Source: Auanema rhodensis
Taxonomy: Eukaryota > Animalia > Nematoda
Length of the DNA stretch: 64,000 nucleotides
Direction: 5' to 3'
Assembly (NCBI GenBank): GCA_964057225.1
Contig: OZ059897.1
Coordinates: 9,176,001 to 9,240,000, forward strand
The stretch's first letter is position 1. Each line of letters begins with the position of its first letter. Shown here in pieces: positions 1-15,700 of the stretch. The translations under genes were made by a program, and so were the position numbers. The notes under the pieces were generated by a model. It was not told the origin of the DNA, searched no databases, and saw only the letters and a program-made list of their open reading frames with translations.

Positions 1-2592
1 ACTCAGCAGCATGTGAACTTTTAGTTAAAACATCTCAAGAACAATAAATAATAAATCGCTTTAAATCTCTTTGTTCATAGTAGAAAAAGGCTTCTAGTCT
101 CTATATAGTGTAGTATTACGTGTATAAATATATTCTTATAATAATTATTATAAGAAAAATATGTATTTATATATAGAATTACAAGAGATGAAAAGTAAAA
201 TGAAAATGAGGAAAATCGCATCATGTTCGATAGCAAAAAGCTTAGAATAGATGGCAGAAGCATGTGCATAACATTCAGATTCAGAAATACATAAATATGT
301 AGTAATCATAGTTTTGAGAATATATATTTTTTCTTTTTTTAAAACTTGAAATGAAGAGTTAGATTTAGAAAAAAAATGAGTTGAGTTCTTCTTTCTAATC
401 TTCTTTCTCGACCATGTTCAAAAGTCCAAAAACCGAAAAAAAATAAGAGAGAGAGAGAGAGAATGAGAGAGAGAGATTCGTTTTCCAGACAACTATGAGT
501 AGACTGCATAATATAGAAAGCGGGTGGCCTTTTAAAAATAATTGCTAGTTAATGATATGGCTTGTATGCAGTATAGGTTCGAATTTACACGAAGAAAACT
601 GCAGAATATCTATCTCTTCAAGTAGATTGGTATTCACACGAAAAGGGAATTAATGAAGCAACCTCAGAATGTGTAGCTGAAGTACAAATGGAGAAGGTAG
701 CTGAAGCTTGAATTTTCGCCGCAGGGTTTCAAGCTTCTGTTTCTCATCTCTATGTAAGAAAATCATATTAGTCAAGCTCATGTGGATCAGATGCAGAAAG
801 ATATGTATATGTATGTCCATCAGATCTTAACTTTTGCTTTTTCGCAAAATAAAATGAAAGAAAGTGTAATTAAGAGACCAAGGCGAATTGTCAATGCTTT
901 TGAGTCATAGTCTATTAACTTCATATTGTCACTTTCGTAGTTAAGCTCGGAGATCTAACTCTAAAAAGGGGCTCTGGCTGTACACAACTCAAAAGCTCAT
1001 TCGATCTTAAAGCCTCCCCCGCTTTTGCTTTAGCTCTGCTCCGCCCTAAGTTACCTTTCTCATGTATTTTCAAGTATTTTTGGTTGATCAGAAATTTTTT
1101 CATTCACATAGAATAACGAACACAGTTTTGTGAGTCTATTCAACTCAACTTTTCATTATAATTTGCTCAAATTTTTCCATTTTTTTGAAAATATCAAGAA
1201 ACAGCCGACAAACATTCTAATGCAACCTTCTTTTCTTTTCTTTGTTCTTTTCAAGATAGGAAAAGCAGAAAAGCCAGACAATCGGAAGTGGTTCAAGCGC
1301 AAGCCACACAACATGCAGATGAGTTTTATGAACTTACTTTGATTGAAACATTTAGAAAAAAATGTTTACAAAAGAGAGGAAGGATCAGTGAAACAAACTA
1401 AAGAAAAACATCAAAAAAGAAAGTTGGAAATGTTTTTTTTGAAACATCATAAGAGAGGATTACCAACCTTAAAAAAACGAATATTCATGATACAACTCAA
1501 AATATATTTTGTTCGAAAACTATATTGTTAGTCGATATAATCGATATTTGTTGAAACACAAAACTACTAAATCAGAAAGATATAGAAATTCACTGAATGA
1601 ACAGCTCGTAAATCGAAAATAAATTCAGATAATACACCATACGGAGATGTAGAAGCTAACTGATGACGATGGTAAAGATAAGGACGATGATAACAATGTC
1701 GTTAGATGATGATTACAAGAAACGAAGAGAAGATGTAAGCCTGAGACACGGCAATGAAGTTTAAAACTAGAAACAACCGAGCTTTCTTCCTTTTTTTTTT
1801 TCAAAAAAAAAAAAATAAAATTGAAAATAGAATAAGTAAGTATGAGAGATGAGAAACATAAACAGTTTGTTTCTTGTTCATCTGTTAAAAGAATTTCATT
1901 TTTCAGTACTTCCAAGAAATAGAAAAAATTATTTTCGCGAAAAAAAGTTTTGATGAAGAAGAAGAAGAAGAAGAGTTTGACTTCAAGTTCTTCTTTTTTT
2001 CATTTTTTTTTCTAATTGACAACTGAAGGACAACCATGAAACAATAAAATTTTAAGAAAAAATATCTGAAGGGGACCTGGTAGAGGATGGAAGTGGAAAG
2101 GAAAAGAAATTGAAGAAGAGGTTGAAGCTTCTGAGATTATGGAAAAGAAAAAAAAAGAAACGAGAGAGAAGAAGAGAAAGATTAAGATGATGTGAACATG
2201 AAAATTACTGAAGAAACGCATAGTAAATGACAATAAGAATTTCTTAATATCAAAGAAGCTGTGAATTTTTTTTTCATTTATTTGATGAAGCAATTAAATG
2301 AACTAATCGTACACGATTATCCACAACGATAAACACAGCTGTTATATAGTTAAGATAAATAAAAATCTCATTCATTTGTGATTAGAAATGAATAGAAAAC
2401 AAGAAGAAGAAAAAGAAAAAGAAATACTGTTTAGAGAATTCAAGTAAATTCGATTTTGAGAGTTATTGAGGAAGAAGAAGAAGCATGGTCATTCATGATT
2501 CACATTCAGTTTTTCTTTTGTTAAATTGAACCCAGATGAGGAAGTTTGTTATCTGTTATGGTAGCCTGTGCGGAGGTCTTGTCTACAATTGT

Positions 2593-2826
2593 TCATACTT
2601 CATCTGGAGAAAAAAAGAAAAAAAGACAAAAACGAGAAAAGAAATGCAAGACTAGATGGAAAACTCTGCTTCTGCTTCAATAAGTTTGCATTCGGTGATT
2701 GAAATAGCAAAAAAAGAGCTGTGTTGAGCTCACCTTCTTGCAGAAATCCAAAGCTAATTGTAAAGCCCCAAGGGGCAACCGAGACGGACGCGGTTGAGAA
2801 CAGAGAGTTAGGATTACAAGATGAAC
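2593..2826 (-). CDS. Possible alternative terminal exons giving a short RBD-only isoform
   Basis: Exon 2826-2734 (taag|GT...GAAG|gtgag; GSSCNPNSLFSTASVSVAPWGFTISFGFLQE) is in phase with the RBD exon. The next strong acceptor (ttttctccag, exon starting 2603) reads D-E-V-stop (TGA 2595-2593). Confidence 0.35.
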
Positions 2827-4729
2827 CTTAGAACTAAGTGAAAATGGAAGAAAAAATAAATGAAAGTTGAATTAGAAGATGAGATCAGAAAGATTACAAA
2901 GCACTTTATATAGCATTACGTTTTGCTTTTGTTATTTTTGTTGGATGGTTGAGAAGATATTGAGGAATATTGCCTTAGGGAATAAAGAGGACGCCAGGAC
3001 TTTCACATATTTACTTAATAGAAGTCATGGGCTTAGGGGTACACATAAGAATATCTCATCATATCAATGCTTTGATGAAAAGTTCTGAAGAAACGATATG
3101 CCGATAACTGGCGACGGAGAGCTTGAAGTTGCGAAAAGATAGTTGAAAATCGGATAAAACGACATTATATTAATGGAACTGTCATATACATTTAAATAAA
3201 AATTCACCATCAACAACGACTACTTTGTGAAGTCTTTGTGTCATCAGAATCATTTTGGCTCCTTCATAAACAATGTCGTTGTGGTATCCCTCCTCTTTCC
3301 ACCCCCTCTTCCTCTCCTTCTCTATTGCTATTGCGTCGGCCCATTATAAAGAGATCGGCTTGACAGACTTCATGTCAATCTCTCGGCCTTCTCTCCCTTT
3401 GTAATAATCTATCGGTGTATGTGGTCTGACGGTAATTTTCAATCCACAGTTATATTCAGAGCACAGCATTCGTTGACGGACAACGAGATTGAACATCAGC
3501 TCACAGATGATTGTTATGATTTTGCTTTCGTTCTACTGTTCTCTCCGTCTATCCGTCTGTTCAGCTCACCATGTCTAGAATGAACATCTCGTTCGTTTGC
3601 CTGTCCCGCAATATGTTCCGTACCCTTTTTAAATCGTTTTTAACCGACAATAACTAACGAACGAATGGATCGACTAACTGATCGACCGGTTGTCCCACAG
3701 CCTGGCCTCAGCCTAATCGACGAGGCCAACTCATATCCGGATTAGCCATGCAAAACGGGCGACAAAAGAGTTGAAGGGCACATGGGTGATGTATGCTTTA
3801 AAGAGTCGTCATTAGAACATCTCATCATTTGCGTATGTGTGCATGAAGCATCGTGAGTGCTTGACGTATGAAGAAGTAACAATTCAAAACTTTAATTCCG
3901 TTGACGACATATGAATTGAAATGATGATGCAAACGATGACACAGTGATGATATATCGTTTTCATGACGTTGATCATTGAAAATCAGTTCGTTTCACTCAT
4001 TTTCCAACTCAAAAATTGAAAAAAAAGTTTATTTTCTTCTATATGTATGTATATACATATGTATATAATACGTAAAAACGACAATATTTGAAGAAAAAGG
4101 GAGTTACAGCTGAATCTAATGATTCTGAAGCTTTACATGTATCTTTCTCGTTAGCCCTCAATGCAAAAAACGCTAATCCAGTCAGTCTTGACTCTCACAT
4201 CACCGAGCTGTATAATCTTTGAAATACGAGAAAAAAATTTTCTTGGTCAGATTCGAGAATGTCAACAGATGGCTGAGCATTTCAGATCTTTTTTTTTCTT
4301 TCCATTCCCATCAAATATCTCATGATATATCATCAAGAAAATCTAATAGAATGAGAAAATAAGCAATGTGTCAAAAGCAGATGCGATGTAACGAAATTGA
4401 AACAAAAATTAGAAAAAAAACAAAGAATACTTTGATGAAAATGGAAGTAGCCAAAATTCTAAATGAAGGTTTCAGCAGTTAGTTCAGCGTAAACTTTGAA
4501 AGTACTGATCTGACAGTTGTAAATGAGATGCTGAGTTCCTTTTTAGGATATGAGAAGCAATGTATAAACTTTACTTGAACGTTCAAATTTTTCTTCGAAA
4601 AAGAGAAAAGTAAAGATAAACTAATGAATTTTTTTGTTTTTTTTTTCTTTCAAACAACTAAAACTGCTGTCGTCCTATATCAAACAACAGCATTTCTTGC
4701 ATGAATGAGGAAGTTAGAAAGTGACGTAC

Positions 4730-7720
4730 CTCGTATAAGAACCTTCTGACCAATGAGATAACGTGTATCAGATGTTTCCGGAATAGGAGTATTGCTTTTA
4801 TCAACATAGAACTGCATATCGTTTATGTTCATACCCTTTGATCGAAGCAATCCTGTAATTTCCTTTTCATTTTCAGTGTTACATCACTAATTATTCAAAT
4901 TATTTGAATTTAGAGTTTTAAAAGTTGAAAAGTTAATTTCTGATTTCTGAATAAGCATGGTGACAAACCGTCTACAGCTTCATAAAGTGGTACACCAGGC
5001 TCGACGAGCAATGCCGTTTCCTGGCCTCCATCATCGATTTCCTGCAAATATAAATACATTAATATTGGAATTTATTAGAGTAAAGCTAAGGCAGTTTAAG
5101 GGGGAAAAGCTTTAATACAGGGCTACGTACAAGAGACTAAAGTAGCGCTGAAAAGAGGATATGATCAGAAAAATTTTTCTTTCTTCAAAAAACTATAAAG
5201 CAGTGTTGAAGAGAGGAATAGAACCATGAACAAGTTAACGAGGACATTCGAGTGACAGAATAAATCAGAATTGGAGAGATATTCTTGAAGCACAGAGCGA
5301 TACACGGCACTTCAAAACCTTGATTTGTTCATTCTATCTCTGACAATCTTACTTCACTGCCCACAAGTTCGGAAAAAAAATAGAGAGGGACTGATGCAGA
5401 GAAGACAAGACGAGAATGGAAGAGAAGAGAGTTGAAAAGTAGAGCAAAAGAAAGAAAGAAAGAGAGAAAAAGGATAGAGAGAAAGAGAACGAAGAGAGGG
5501 AGCGCAAGAGTGTGGGTGTGAATAAGGAAGAAGCAGATAATGAGCATGCTCATGAAGGTATGTTGAGTATCTTCTGGCGAGATTGGAGTACAATTGAGCA
5601 AGTGAAGCCCGGAGTTATATGGAGATGAATGAAAAGATGGTAGCCTGAAGCCATAAATAGTTTTAAAAGAAAATGAACAAGCTTGGCGAAAGTTTGAAAT
5701 TTTTTTTTCATAAACGAAACCTATCGATAGACATCGAAGTGAATTTAAGGCTATAATTATAATAGTAATACGCAAAGATTATGCATTTTTTGCTTCAAAA
5801 ATACAAACTTTGGCATGAAAAGCAAGAAAAAAACATGGCTATTTTCACAAAAACGACATGGATGATAATCAAGTTACAACTATTTCATGAAAATGCTCTA
5901 AAAAAAACCAGAAAATAGTTAGTATGTCTAAAGTTACTAAACGATTAGAATGTAGAAAAACATGATTTTTAGTAGAAACTTAAAGTTTGCTTTCCATCCG
6001 AATACATGTGTGCGTATGAGGGTCAAAGCAACTTTGAACGGCAACGAAAGTGACAAGCAAACGGGAGATTGAGAAGCAAGCCATTTTCCATATGAAACAG
6101 AACCGAAAAAAATTGTTTTTCTTATCATGCAAATACATGAAAAGCTAAAAATGAATGAATGGGACTTAAAATAATTGAAAAAGGATAAAGATTAAAAAAA
6201 AAAAGAAAAAGAAGAAGAAAAAGGAGAAGTGTTAAAAATGTAATTCGAATAAATAAAAAAAAGACAACCGAATCTCGTATTCAAGAAAATTTAAATGAAA
6301 TTAAGTTTTCACGTGAATTACGTGAACTACATATAGTATGATAAATACAGTACAAAGTGAACTAATATGAAATGAGAATAACAAAAAGAATTTTATTATT
6401 AAAAAAATAATTTTTTTTATTTGTTCTGCACTTTATTCTTTTATATTTAACTATGAGGAACTATTTCAGTTTGAGAATTTTCTAAAAAAAAATTCTCATT
6501 TTCTAAGTAAAATTAAAAGAAAAAAAATGAAAAAACGATAAGCAAGAGGAGAGAAATCGTTCATTCATTTCTATTTTTTTCTCATTCTTTTAATTTTTTT
6601 TCTCCTTCATCCTGAAAATATACTTGAAGAAGAATGTGATCGAAGATGTTTTGGAACAAACAAGGTTTCATTTCAACGTATATCTAGCATATATACATAT
6701 GATTTGACTACAAATACATTTATGCTTAATAATATCATTTTTGATCTATGTATTATATATTATATGGTATAGTTAGATATATTCTTGATAACTATATACC
6801 TTTTATTCTCTTTCTTATTTTATCTATTTTCTATTTATGTATACATAGATATACTCTACTTCTGCTACTACTAACTACAATTATTCATCATCATTCGACT
6901 TTCAATGTTTTTTTTATCTTTGTATTCCTCTTTCTCATTTTTTTTGCCATTTATAACTTTTTGGCATAACTTGAAAAAGAAATATAAAAAGAAAAAAATC
7001 TAATACAAATGCATTTTCAAAATGATTTGCATTCAATGAGAGATTGTAATAAATATAAAAATGAGATGAACATGTTACTATACATAGAAATCTATATAGT
7101 ATACTATATTCTGCATTACAAAGTTAAAAAAACTATTAAAATCACTTATGGTTTCTAGGATTGTACTCTTTTTCATCTATTTTGCTCAATCTCTCTCCCT
7201 CTCTCTCCCTCACTCTCTCTCTCTCTCTCTCTCATTTACTCTCTCTTTCCCCTCTCTCTATCTTTTTCTGCTTCAAAAAAATGAAAACATTCTAATTTAA
7301 ACTATGTATACGATTTGCTTGTATACGAGAAATGATGCAAATAAACCCATGTATCTCTATCTACATGTATGTATCTCTAGAATATTTTTCTTTCAATTCA
7401 ATAAAGACACTTATTAAGCGTCTTTGAATTGTAGATAAATTTATGTTTTCTTCATTCTTTTAAATAAAAAATTGAGCTTTACGGGGGTGTTGAAAGGGAG
7501 AATGATCAATACTGTATATTTCATTGGAATATGTATATATATAGAGAGAAAACAAACGATGAAAATATTTAAAAAATGAGATGTTTAATGGGTATTCTTG
7601 TCTCCTACTACTCTCTCTCTCTCTCTTTCTCCAACAGTTTTTGCTCTTCGTTTTCGTTCTCTCCGCTGCTTCTTCTATCTTTCTTTACATCTTTTCTACT
7701 CTGCTTCCACCCTTTCTCTC

Positions 7721-7775
<55 letters not shown>

Positions 7776-8816
7776 CTTTTTGTGTTTCTATCTATTCCAT
7801 TTGATATTAATTATTTTCTCTTTTATATTTGGTAATAATAGTAAAAAAAATGTGTATATAATTAGAGAAATATGGAATTCTTAAGAAGCGAGGGTGGGTT
7901 TCAAGAATTATAATGCCAAATCGAAGCAACAGCATACTACTTCTGGGTATTTGCTTTTTGCATTCCAGAAAAAAACAGAAAAAATATACAAAGTTGCTTA
8001 TTCAAGTTGAAAAAATACGAAAAAAATATGTTTCCTGACTCGAACATGATTTTAGACATTGGTGGTTTGATTGATCAAACAGGGAAATAAATGAAAAAGT
8101 AGAAAATTGGTATAACCTTCTATGTTTGTTCGATAGATTTGAGGACAACAAAGTGAGGAGATCCTATATATAGCATAAGGAAGCAATAGATTGAATTTGA
8201 TGAAATAGCAAACGAGTGAAGATGATTAAGGGAGGTGAATCTGTCATTGCAATCCTCAAATTGATTATTTCAACTTGTTTTTTTTTCGTAGAATAAACTA
8301 CTATTTCCAATAATTATGCTCAAAACGAAACTAGCAGTTCGAAAAAAAAATTGGAGAACCGGATCATGGAGAGACATTTGGAATGGAAGCCAAATGATCA
8401 GCATAGGGATGCTTTGTGATGTTTTATGAATGAAGTTTTAACAGAAACTGTTGAACTTAATACAATACAAAGTGATTGAATTGAAACAATGAATAGGTTC
8501 AAGCTATAGTTATTTCAAAGGTAGAACTGTACAACTAATAAGTAAAGAAAGATAATAGAAAGAAAATTGATAGATAAATAACTGGCAAGATGATGATGAA
8601 AAGAAAAAAAAGATGAATTGAAGATGAGAAAACAGAAAAAAAACAAAAAAGAACGGAATTTAAAAAAAAAAAGAAAATTAAAAATAAAGGCAAATCAGTC
8701 TTTTTTCAGCATATAAGTTCAGAGTAGTAAAAATTGGAAAAAGATCTTACCGGAAATGAAACGTAGATGAAATTCTGATTTGTAGCTGCATCAATGTCAA
8801 CGCTATGATAACGATT
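4730..8816 (-). CDS. Ras-binding (RBD, PLEKHG5-type) domain exons
   Basis: Three exons (8816-8751, 5041-4969, 4852-4730) with canonical splice sites join in frame to FIYVSFPEIDDGGQETALLVEPGVPLYEAVDGLLRSKGMNINDMQFYVDKSNTPIPETSDTRYLIGQKVLIR. Confidence 0.78.
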
Positions 8817-9718
8817 CTGAAAGAAAAAAACATTTGAATTCTCTAATTATATTTATAATTTTCTTTTTTTAAATATAAATTAACATATATTATTATATAA
8901 TTATAATAATAATAATTATTATTATATTATATAAATTATTTAATTTCATAGTTTATCGAACTATAACAACTAGTTTATGATTGACATCTAATAATAGTTC
9001 GTTCAATTTCGACAGTTATTGATTGATTTTTTTAAAAATATTTTTTGAAACAACTTGATTAAAAGTTAAATAACAATAAATATATAATATAATATATATA
9101 TACAAATACAATATAATATTATATAAACTATATAAACTATATGTATCAACAGTATTAATGTTTTTTTAGGATTTGTTGATAGAAATTAAAAATAATAAAC
9201 TAATAAAGTAAAGATTGTTAATCACTATATATATATATATATATATATTTGTTTTTTGTGTGAAATATTTGGAATTATTTCATAGAAATAAACATAGAAA
9301 TTCTTATTTCATCATATGTTATTTGATTTTAATTTTGTATATATGAAATTGTAAAATATTCAGAAAATTAGATTTATTCCAATCATGTCCCTGATTCAAA
9401 AAAAAAATATTTCAATTAAGTTTGTTGTGTATGATGTTGATGATGATGATTCATATTAAGAAGATAGAGAGATTGCCTACGGGCAAATATTATATTTACG
9501 ATATTATCTTAATGTAATATCTTCTTCTTCTTCTTCTTCTTTACTATATATGTATATATTCTATTGAATATCCTATAATATATAGATGTGGATCATTATG
9601 TTTGATTGGACCACATGGGATGTTTGTTGTTATCAGAAGAACGTTTGCTATTTGACCCCAATCCCAAAATTTGAAACAGATACTCTAAAGGTAGCATCAA
9701 AGGAGGATTTATCGTACT

Positions 9719-9785
<67 letters not shown>

Positions 9786-12700
9786 GTTTTTCTCACGATG
9801 ATCTCTCTATATATCAGATGAATACCTTATATGGTTTGTATTCATGTTATGCAATTGTCTTCTAGCTCGAAGAGAAGATACATCAATTTCAATGAAATAA
9901 ATCAAATATGAAGCAGATATTCATGTTTTTCTTCTGCTTATCTTAAGATAATTGTATGTTTTACTTCATTCAGTTTGAAAAGAAAACTAAGCTAAAACGT
10001 GAAAAAGTAAAAAAATAAGAAAATGTTAGTTCAGACTCACAGAAAAGTCGCTGAGCACTGAAGCTGATTTTTGTCGCCTAAGCGACTTTTTTTTTACCGA
10101 AGGCATACAGCAGACTTATTTCCGAATAAACTGTCTTTCGTTGACGCTTTTCAAAGAAAATCTCGTTTTTCTAAGAAAATTATATGATGAAAAGCATGAA
10201 GAAAAATGATAAAATGAATAATATATAATGATAGAAGATAAATAATATTTCAAAAAGAGACAAATTTTTACAACAAAAAAAAACGAACATTGAACAGTTA
10301 AAAGCATAAATTTGAACATTGTCTCTTAAGATAAGAGGTGAGAACAGTGTATCGTCAAAGAGTTACAAGCATTTGTAGTTGTGGTCAAAACGATTATTAT
10401 CTATAGATAGGTGTTAAATAGACAGAAATATGAATATATGTTTGATGAAACTAAATAAAAGAAAATAAAAAAGAAAATAATTGATTAAACTTGTATTTTC
10501 AATGCTCTTGACATTGAAACAAAGATAAATCTGTAATAGATACATGACATACACAAGATCTTTTTCCAAATAAAGTGATGAAAATGTGTGATTAGAGGAT
10601 TGTATATGAGAAGTATGAATCAGAAATCAGTTGTATAACTAACTTTAACATCATCTGTCTATCACAATTCTTGATTTTCAAAGAAAAATTTGTGATAAGA
10701 AGAAGATGAAAAAGAAGGAAGAAAATGTTGAACTGAGAGAGAGAGAGGGAGACAGAGAGAGAGAGAAAGAGAAAGAGAGAGAGAGAAAGAGAAAAATTTT
10801 TCAAAGCTAAGCAATAATATGACATTAACAAGTAATTTTCAGAACATAAAAATTCTAAAAATAAAATTTGAAAGAAGTTTAATCATATTTCAACCAGATA
10901 GTTTTAGAAAATGATAAGAAATATCTGAAAAATAAATATAATAAGATAGCTCATATGATTACAGTATAAACGAATTGAGTGATATAATTCTCAAAGAATG
11001 AGAGAGAGAGAGAGAATAGAAGAATATCGTCAATTGGAAATTGAAACTACTCTCAGTCAATTTGAAAAATCAGCTCATATTGTCTGTAAAGCTTGATGAG
11101 AAGACGGGGGTAATGATGGCACAACAAGGGGCTAACCGTATATCGTTCAACGAAACGCAATTGACGTGTTTCAGTTTGAAAAATCTTTTTGTGACTGACA
11201 ACAGAAAAAAAAAGAAGAAGAAGCGCGTGTTGCTGCTGATGCATGCTACTGCTAATGCTTTTTACTTGATTTCTGACTACTCATTGGTGATTTTTCGATC
11301 AAAAACGTAGTCTGTTAACAGCTCGTTCAGCATATTTTCACAAATTATAAGAACGAAATAAGAAATAAAAGAGTATCAAAATGATAAAAAGATGTAGTTA
11401 AGTGAATGTCTTAGAAATGAAAAGGAAGTTGCAAAGACGGTTTCTTTCTTTTTTTTGCGAAAAAAAATGTTTTTAACCAAGTTTCGTGTTGTCAATATTG
11501 ATGTCGTCGGGTTCTAATAAAACTTCTAAAATGATTGGTCAATTGGCTTCAGGTTTTCACTAAAGAAATGGACATTGTATTGAGGAAAAGAAGAAATTAA
11601 GTATTTCGCATTGGAACTGCTAGGTATTGACCGTCGGGAAACTTATCTGTTCTGATTCACCCCGAAAAATGTTCAAACATTGATTAGACATGAAAAAAAA
11701 TGAAAAAATAGGCTGCTAGTTGATGAAGTAAAAAATGAGCGGAATAGCTTGTGTGCAGGAGTTTTGAAACTACTATGTCCCTGTGGCAAAGTGGACATGC
11801 AGTTAAAGCAGCATCATTGACAAGGTTACCAAGTTGTATGACACAGCTTACAATGACAATGAAATAATAAAGACTATAAGCGAGAGAGACTGAGAGAGAG
11901 TGAGAGACAAAACGAGAAAGAGTAGTAGAGAGAGGGGGGAGACGTAGGAAAGACGAATAAGAAGAAGTAAAATATCAATAAAAGAAAGAAAATGATGTTA
12001 AAGCTGTAAGATTGTAACTATAGGACATATTCATTCGAAGACAATGGCAACGATGGACATATCATCAAGGAACTGAGTACATTGATCTTTAAGAAAGTTC
12101 ATGATGAAATCAATCGTGAGCGATGCACTGTGAATTGACGACCAAAAATTGAAAGGAAAACATGTCTATGTACGTTAGGATGCTAAGGTTTGCTGAACAA
12201 TTGCCTCCGGAATTCAGGATGAAGCATCGAAATGACTCACAGCAATCCGTATTGCTTAAAACAAATGACTGCAAAATTTGTGAGAAATTGCTTGAAACAG
12301 CTAGCATACAAGAGAGTGACAATGGCGTATGGGTCAATGTCAATGGGACTGTTCGAACTTTTCTTGCTCGACGTAATCATAGGTCTACGACTGCGATCAG
12401 GCTGTGATGATGGCCCGAAGAGTTTCAGGCTATAGTTGAAACGAACTGACCCTGAATCTGACTATAGAATGAAAGTATGACTTTGTATACGTGGTTGTCG
12501 AGGACGCATACAAACATAGACATGAAGACATACTTGATGATACCCTGATCGAACTGATGTTCTCGGCATAACCTTAGCCATTTATCACTTGCTGTTTATC
12601 TAAGCAAGAATGCAAAAAAACGAGAAAAATTGTAAAACACCCTGAAGATACCAATGAAAGGAGCTAGACGATACTACAGCAGGTTTATATTCGAGAGAAT

Positions 12701-15700
12701 TTTCTCTTTAGAAGGAAATGAGAGCAAAAGAAAAAGAAAAATTTAATTGATACTATGAAAAAGAGGCGAATGAAACAGGTAATAAGTGTGTGTGTAAGAG
12801 AGAGACAAAGATAATGATAATATGAGATGAGCAGAGAAGAAGATAGCGAAACAGGGTAAGAGAGAGAGGGAAGTTGGATCTAATTGCCATGAATGTCTCG
12901 TGAATTCATATCACATATGATAGTAGAATACCGTCGAGACACGTGAACATCTCATGTAAGCTGCATAACATGCTTCTTCACAACTTTCCTTCTTTCTCTG
13001 CTTCAGCTTCTCTTTTTACCTCAAAACCGGCATTTCTCGCTAAGGACTATAGAATGTCTGAGCCATGAGATAACAATCGTTCCTAGAACTTGAGAAAAGC
13101 TTGACCAACAAGCGCAAGCGGACGTGCCCACATAACGGAAAAGCTAATCAGAAAAAACAACATTAGAAGAAAAAAAACTGAAGAGGCGTGCGTTCCAGTT
13201 ACAGAAAAATTAACTTGGAAAATGAATTGTCTACCGATGACAGTTTAAAATTTATCATTCTTTTACAAGCTTTTTTCGTGTCTTTCTCTCTCATTCATTT
13301 TCTTTTTTTTTGTAATTTTCTTATATCTGGACTCTTACTCTTCCTCGTTCTTTCTTTTAGAAAATTAAAAAAAACTACAAGGAAATTAGAAGAATTATTG
13401 AAATATATAGTATAAAATATAAATTATATACACGAATATACCATATAATTCTAATAAACTATATATAGAAAAGCCAAAATATGTTTTTATTCATCCATCT
13501 CATCTTTTCTCTTAACTCTCGTAGTAGTAGGACTGTTCCTGCTAATTCGGATAATAGGTACGTGTCCCTAATCGACGACATTTTTTTTTGTCCAAAAGAT
13601 GGTCAATCGTCATCATAAAAAACTTGAATTCAATCTCAAGTTTGCATAAAGAAAAAGCTTCAAAAATGTTTTTAAGAATATCAATCATCGGATAAGTTTC
13701 TTATAAAGTTGATAAAGTTTCAATGCACACGAAAACTTTATTTCTTTTTGTTTAGTCAAGCTATTCTATTTCTTCTATTCTTTTCTCTAGTTTATATAAA
13801 TATATTATATATTTAACTTATAAGAAAGATGTTTTCTTCTTTTTTTTCTTTATTTTTCAATAATTTTCATAAAATTGTTTGATTATATGTATATAAGATA
13901 ACAAAATATTTTGAATTGTGAGAATACAAAAGAGTTGCTATTCAGTCTATTAACTGGATAACATATGAAAGATGAACGAACATACTTAAGTAGACTCTAT
14001 CTTCTAAAATCTTTTTGTTGTCATTCATTTTGTACTTTGTTGAAAGCCCACCCAAGATCAAAGAAAATTCAAAAATGAACATCAACAAAGAGAGAAGAAA
14101 GAGATAGAGAGAGAAGGGGATAAGGGAGAGAGAGAGGAATAAGGAGAGAGAGAGAATATTAGAGTGATGAATGATTAAAGAAAATAAAAGAAAATATCAA
14201 GGAAAAGGCAACATCCAAGCCTTGCTAATGAAATCACAAGTAGATAAGACATCATAGCTTGTCACTCTGATAATCTCTTACACATTTTTTGGTGAAGCAT
14301 GTCAGGTGAGTAATCAATTTTAAAGGAGAGTGAACTAGATAATGGATGATTTTAACCTGACCATAGGTGCAACGGCCCGGAACAACAACTGAACGGGGCT
14401 AATCAAGTGAAAAAGTATCAGAAGGAAAGAAAGAAATTGATGAAAGACACAAAAAAAGTAAAGAGAGAGAGATATAGAGAGAAAGAGAAAGAACAGAAAC
14501 TGATAAAAATGAAAAGGAACTATTCCTTTTTGGAAAAGACAGTAGTTAAGATCATCCAGAATACTACTTCTTTCCCTTTCTCTCATAGTGACCATGGCAC
14601 AATTTCTGTTAAATCATCATGTGTGATTGTTCTTTTTACCCATTTTCAATTATTATTGATACTTAAACATACATAGAAAAAAATGGTGAATTTATCATTA
14701 TATTAGATATATTTTCTGTTCTTTAAGAAGTTTCAATAAGTCTTTGAAAATTAATACATTTAGTTCACTTTCTCTCTCAACGGCTTTTCTCTCTCTCTTT
14801 CTCTCTCTCTTATTTCTGCGAACTTTGTTTTATTGTTCATTTTTTGTATTCTACGTCAAGATAAGTTCATAAATTTGCAAAAGAAGTGAAAAGGAAAAGC
14901 TTTTTCATAAGACCGGCTGAATAAACAAAGCTGGTTCATAACATTTATGAAGCCGGGCAACCGACAAATCCTCCATTGTTCATTTCAACTACTTGGTTTT
15001 TTCAAGATTCTCTATGTTTTTTCCTTTTACTTTCTCCTCCTTGTATGTATGTTTCTCTTCTTTCTATTATTTACTTGAAACATAATAATCATCTCATTCA
15101 AACTATATACTTAACTATATGTATATATACATATAAGAAGATGATGTGATATCTTAGAAAAAAGAAAAGAAATCTTTCAAATATAAATATTCTATAAGCT
15201 ATACATATAGTTAAATATATTTGAATCTTTATAAATTTCTTTTCTTTCAAATTATTCTCATATTTCATCACATATGCTGATGATTATATTGTTTGAAAGA
15301 TAAAACTCAAACGGAGCATTTCGATAAAACAAAAAAAAAATTGCCGTACCATGGCGTCATTCCAATCAGCAAGAGACGGTCGTCGACCTCGTTGGTGTCC
15401 GATGGATGTAGATGTCATCTCTAGAATATCTTCTTGTGGTATAGCCGGCAGCGACGGCCGGCGAAAACGTGATAGCGGAAGATGCTCCCGTAGACAACTG
15501 AAATACAATCACATAAATTAAAATAAAAATTGATGAAAACTATAAGAATAATTTTATTTTTTGATATTACTGTTTCATTAAAGGTCGATTTTTGTAATTG
15601 CACATTCTCTGTCTACTGATATAATCAGTGTTAGTGATCATCCTGGATGGTATACTTGTCAATTCCGTTGCAAAAGTAACCATTGAGTTGTGTGTGGATC

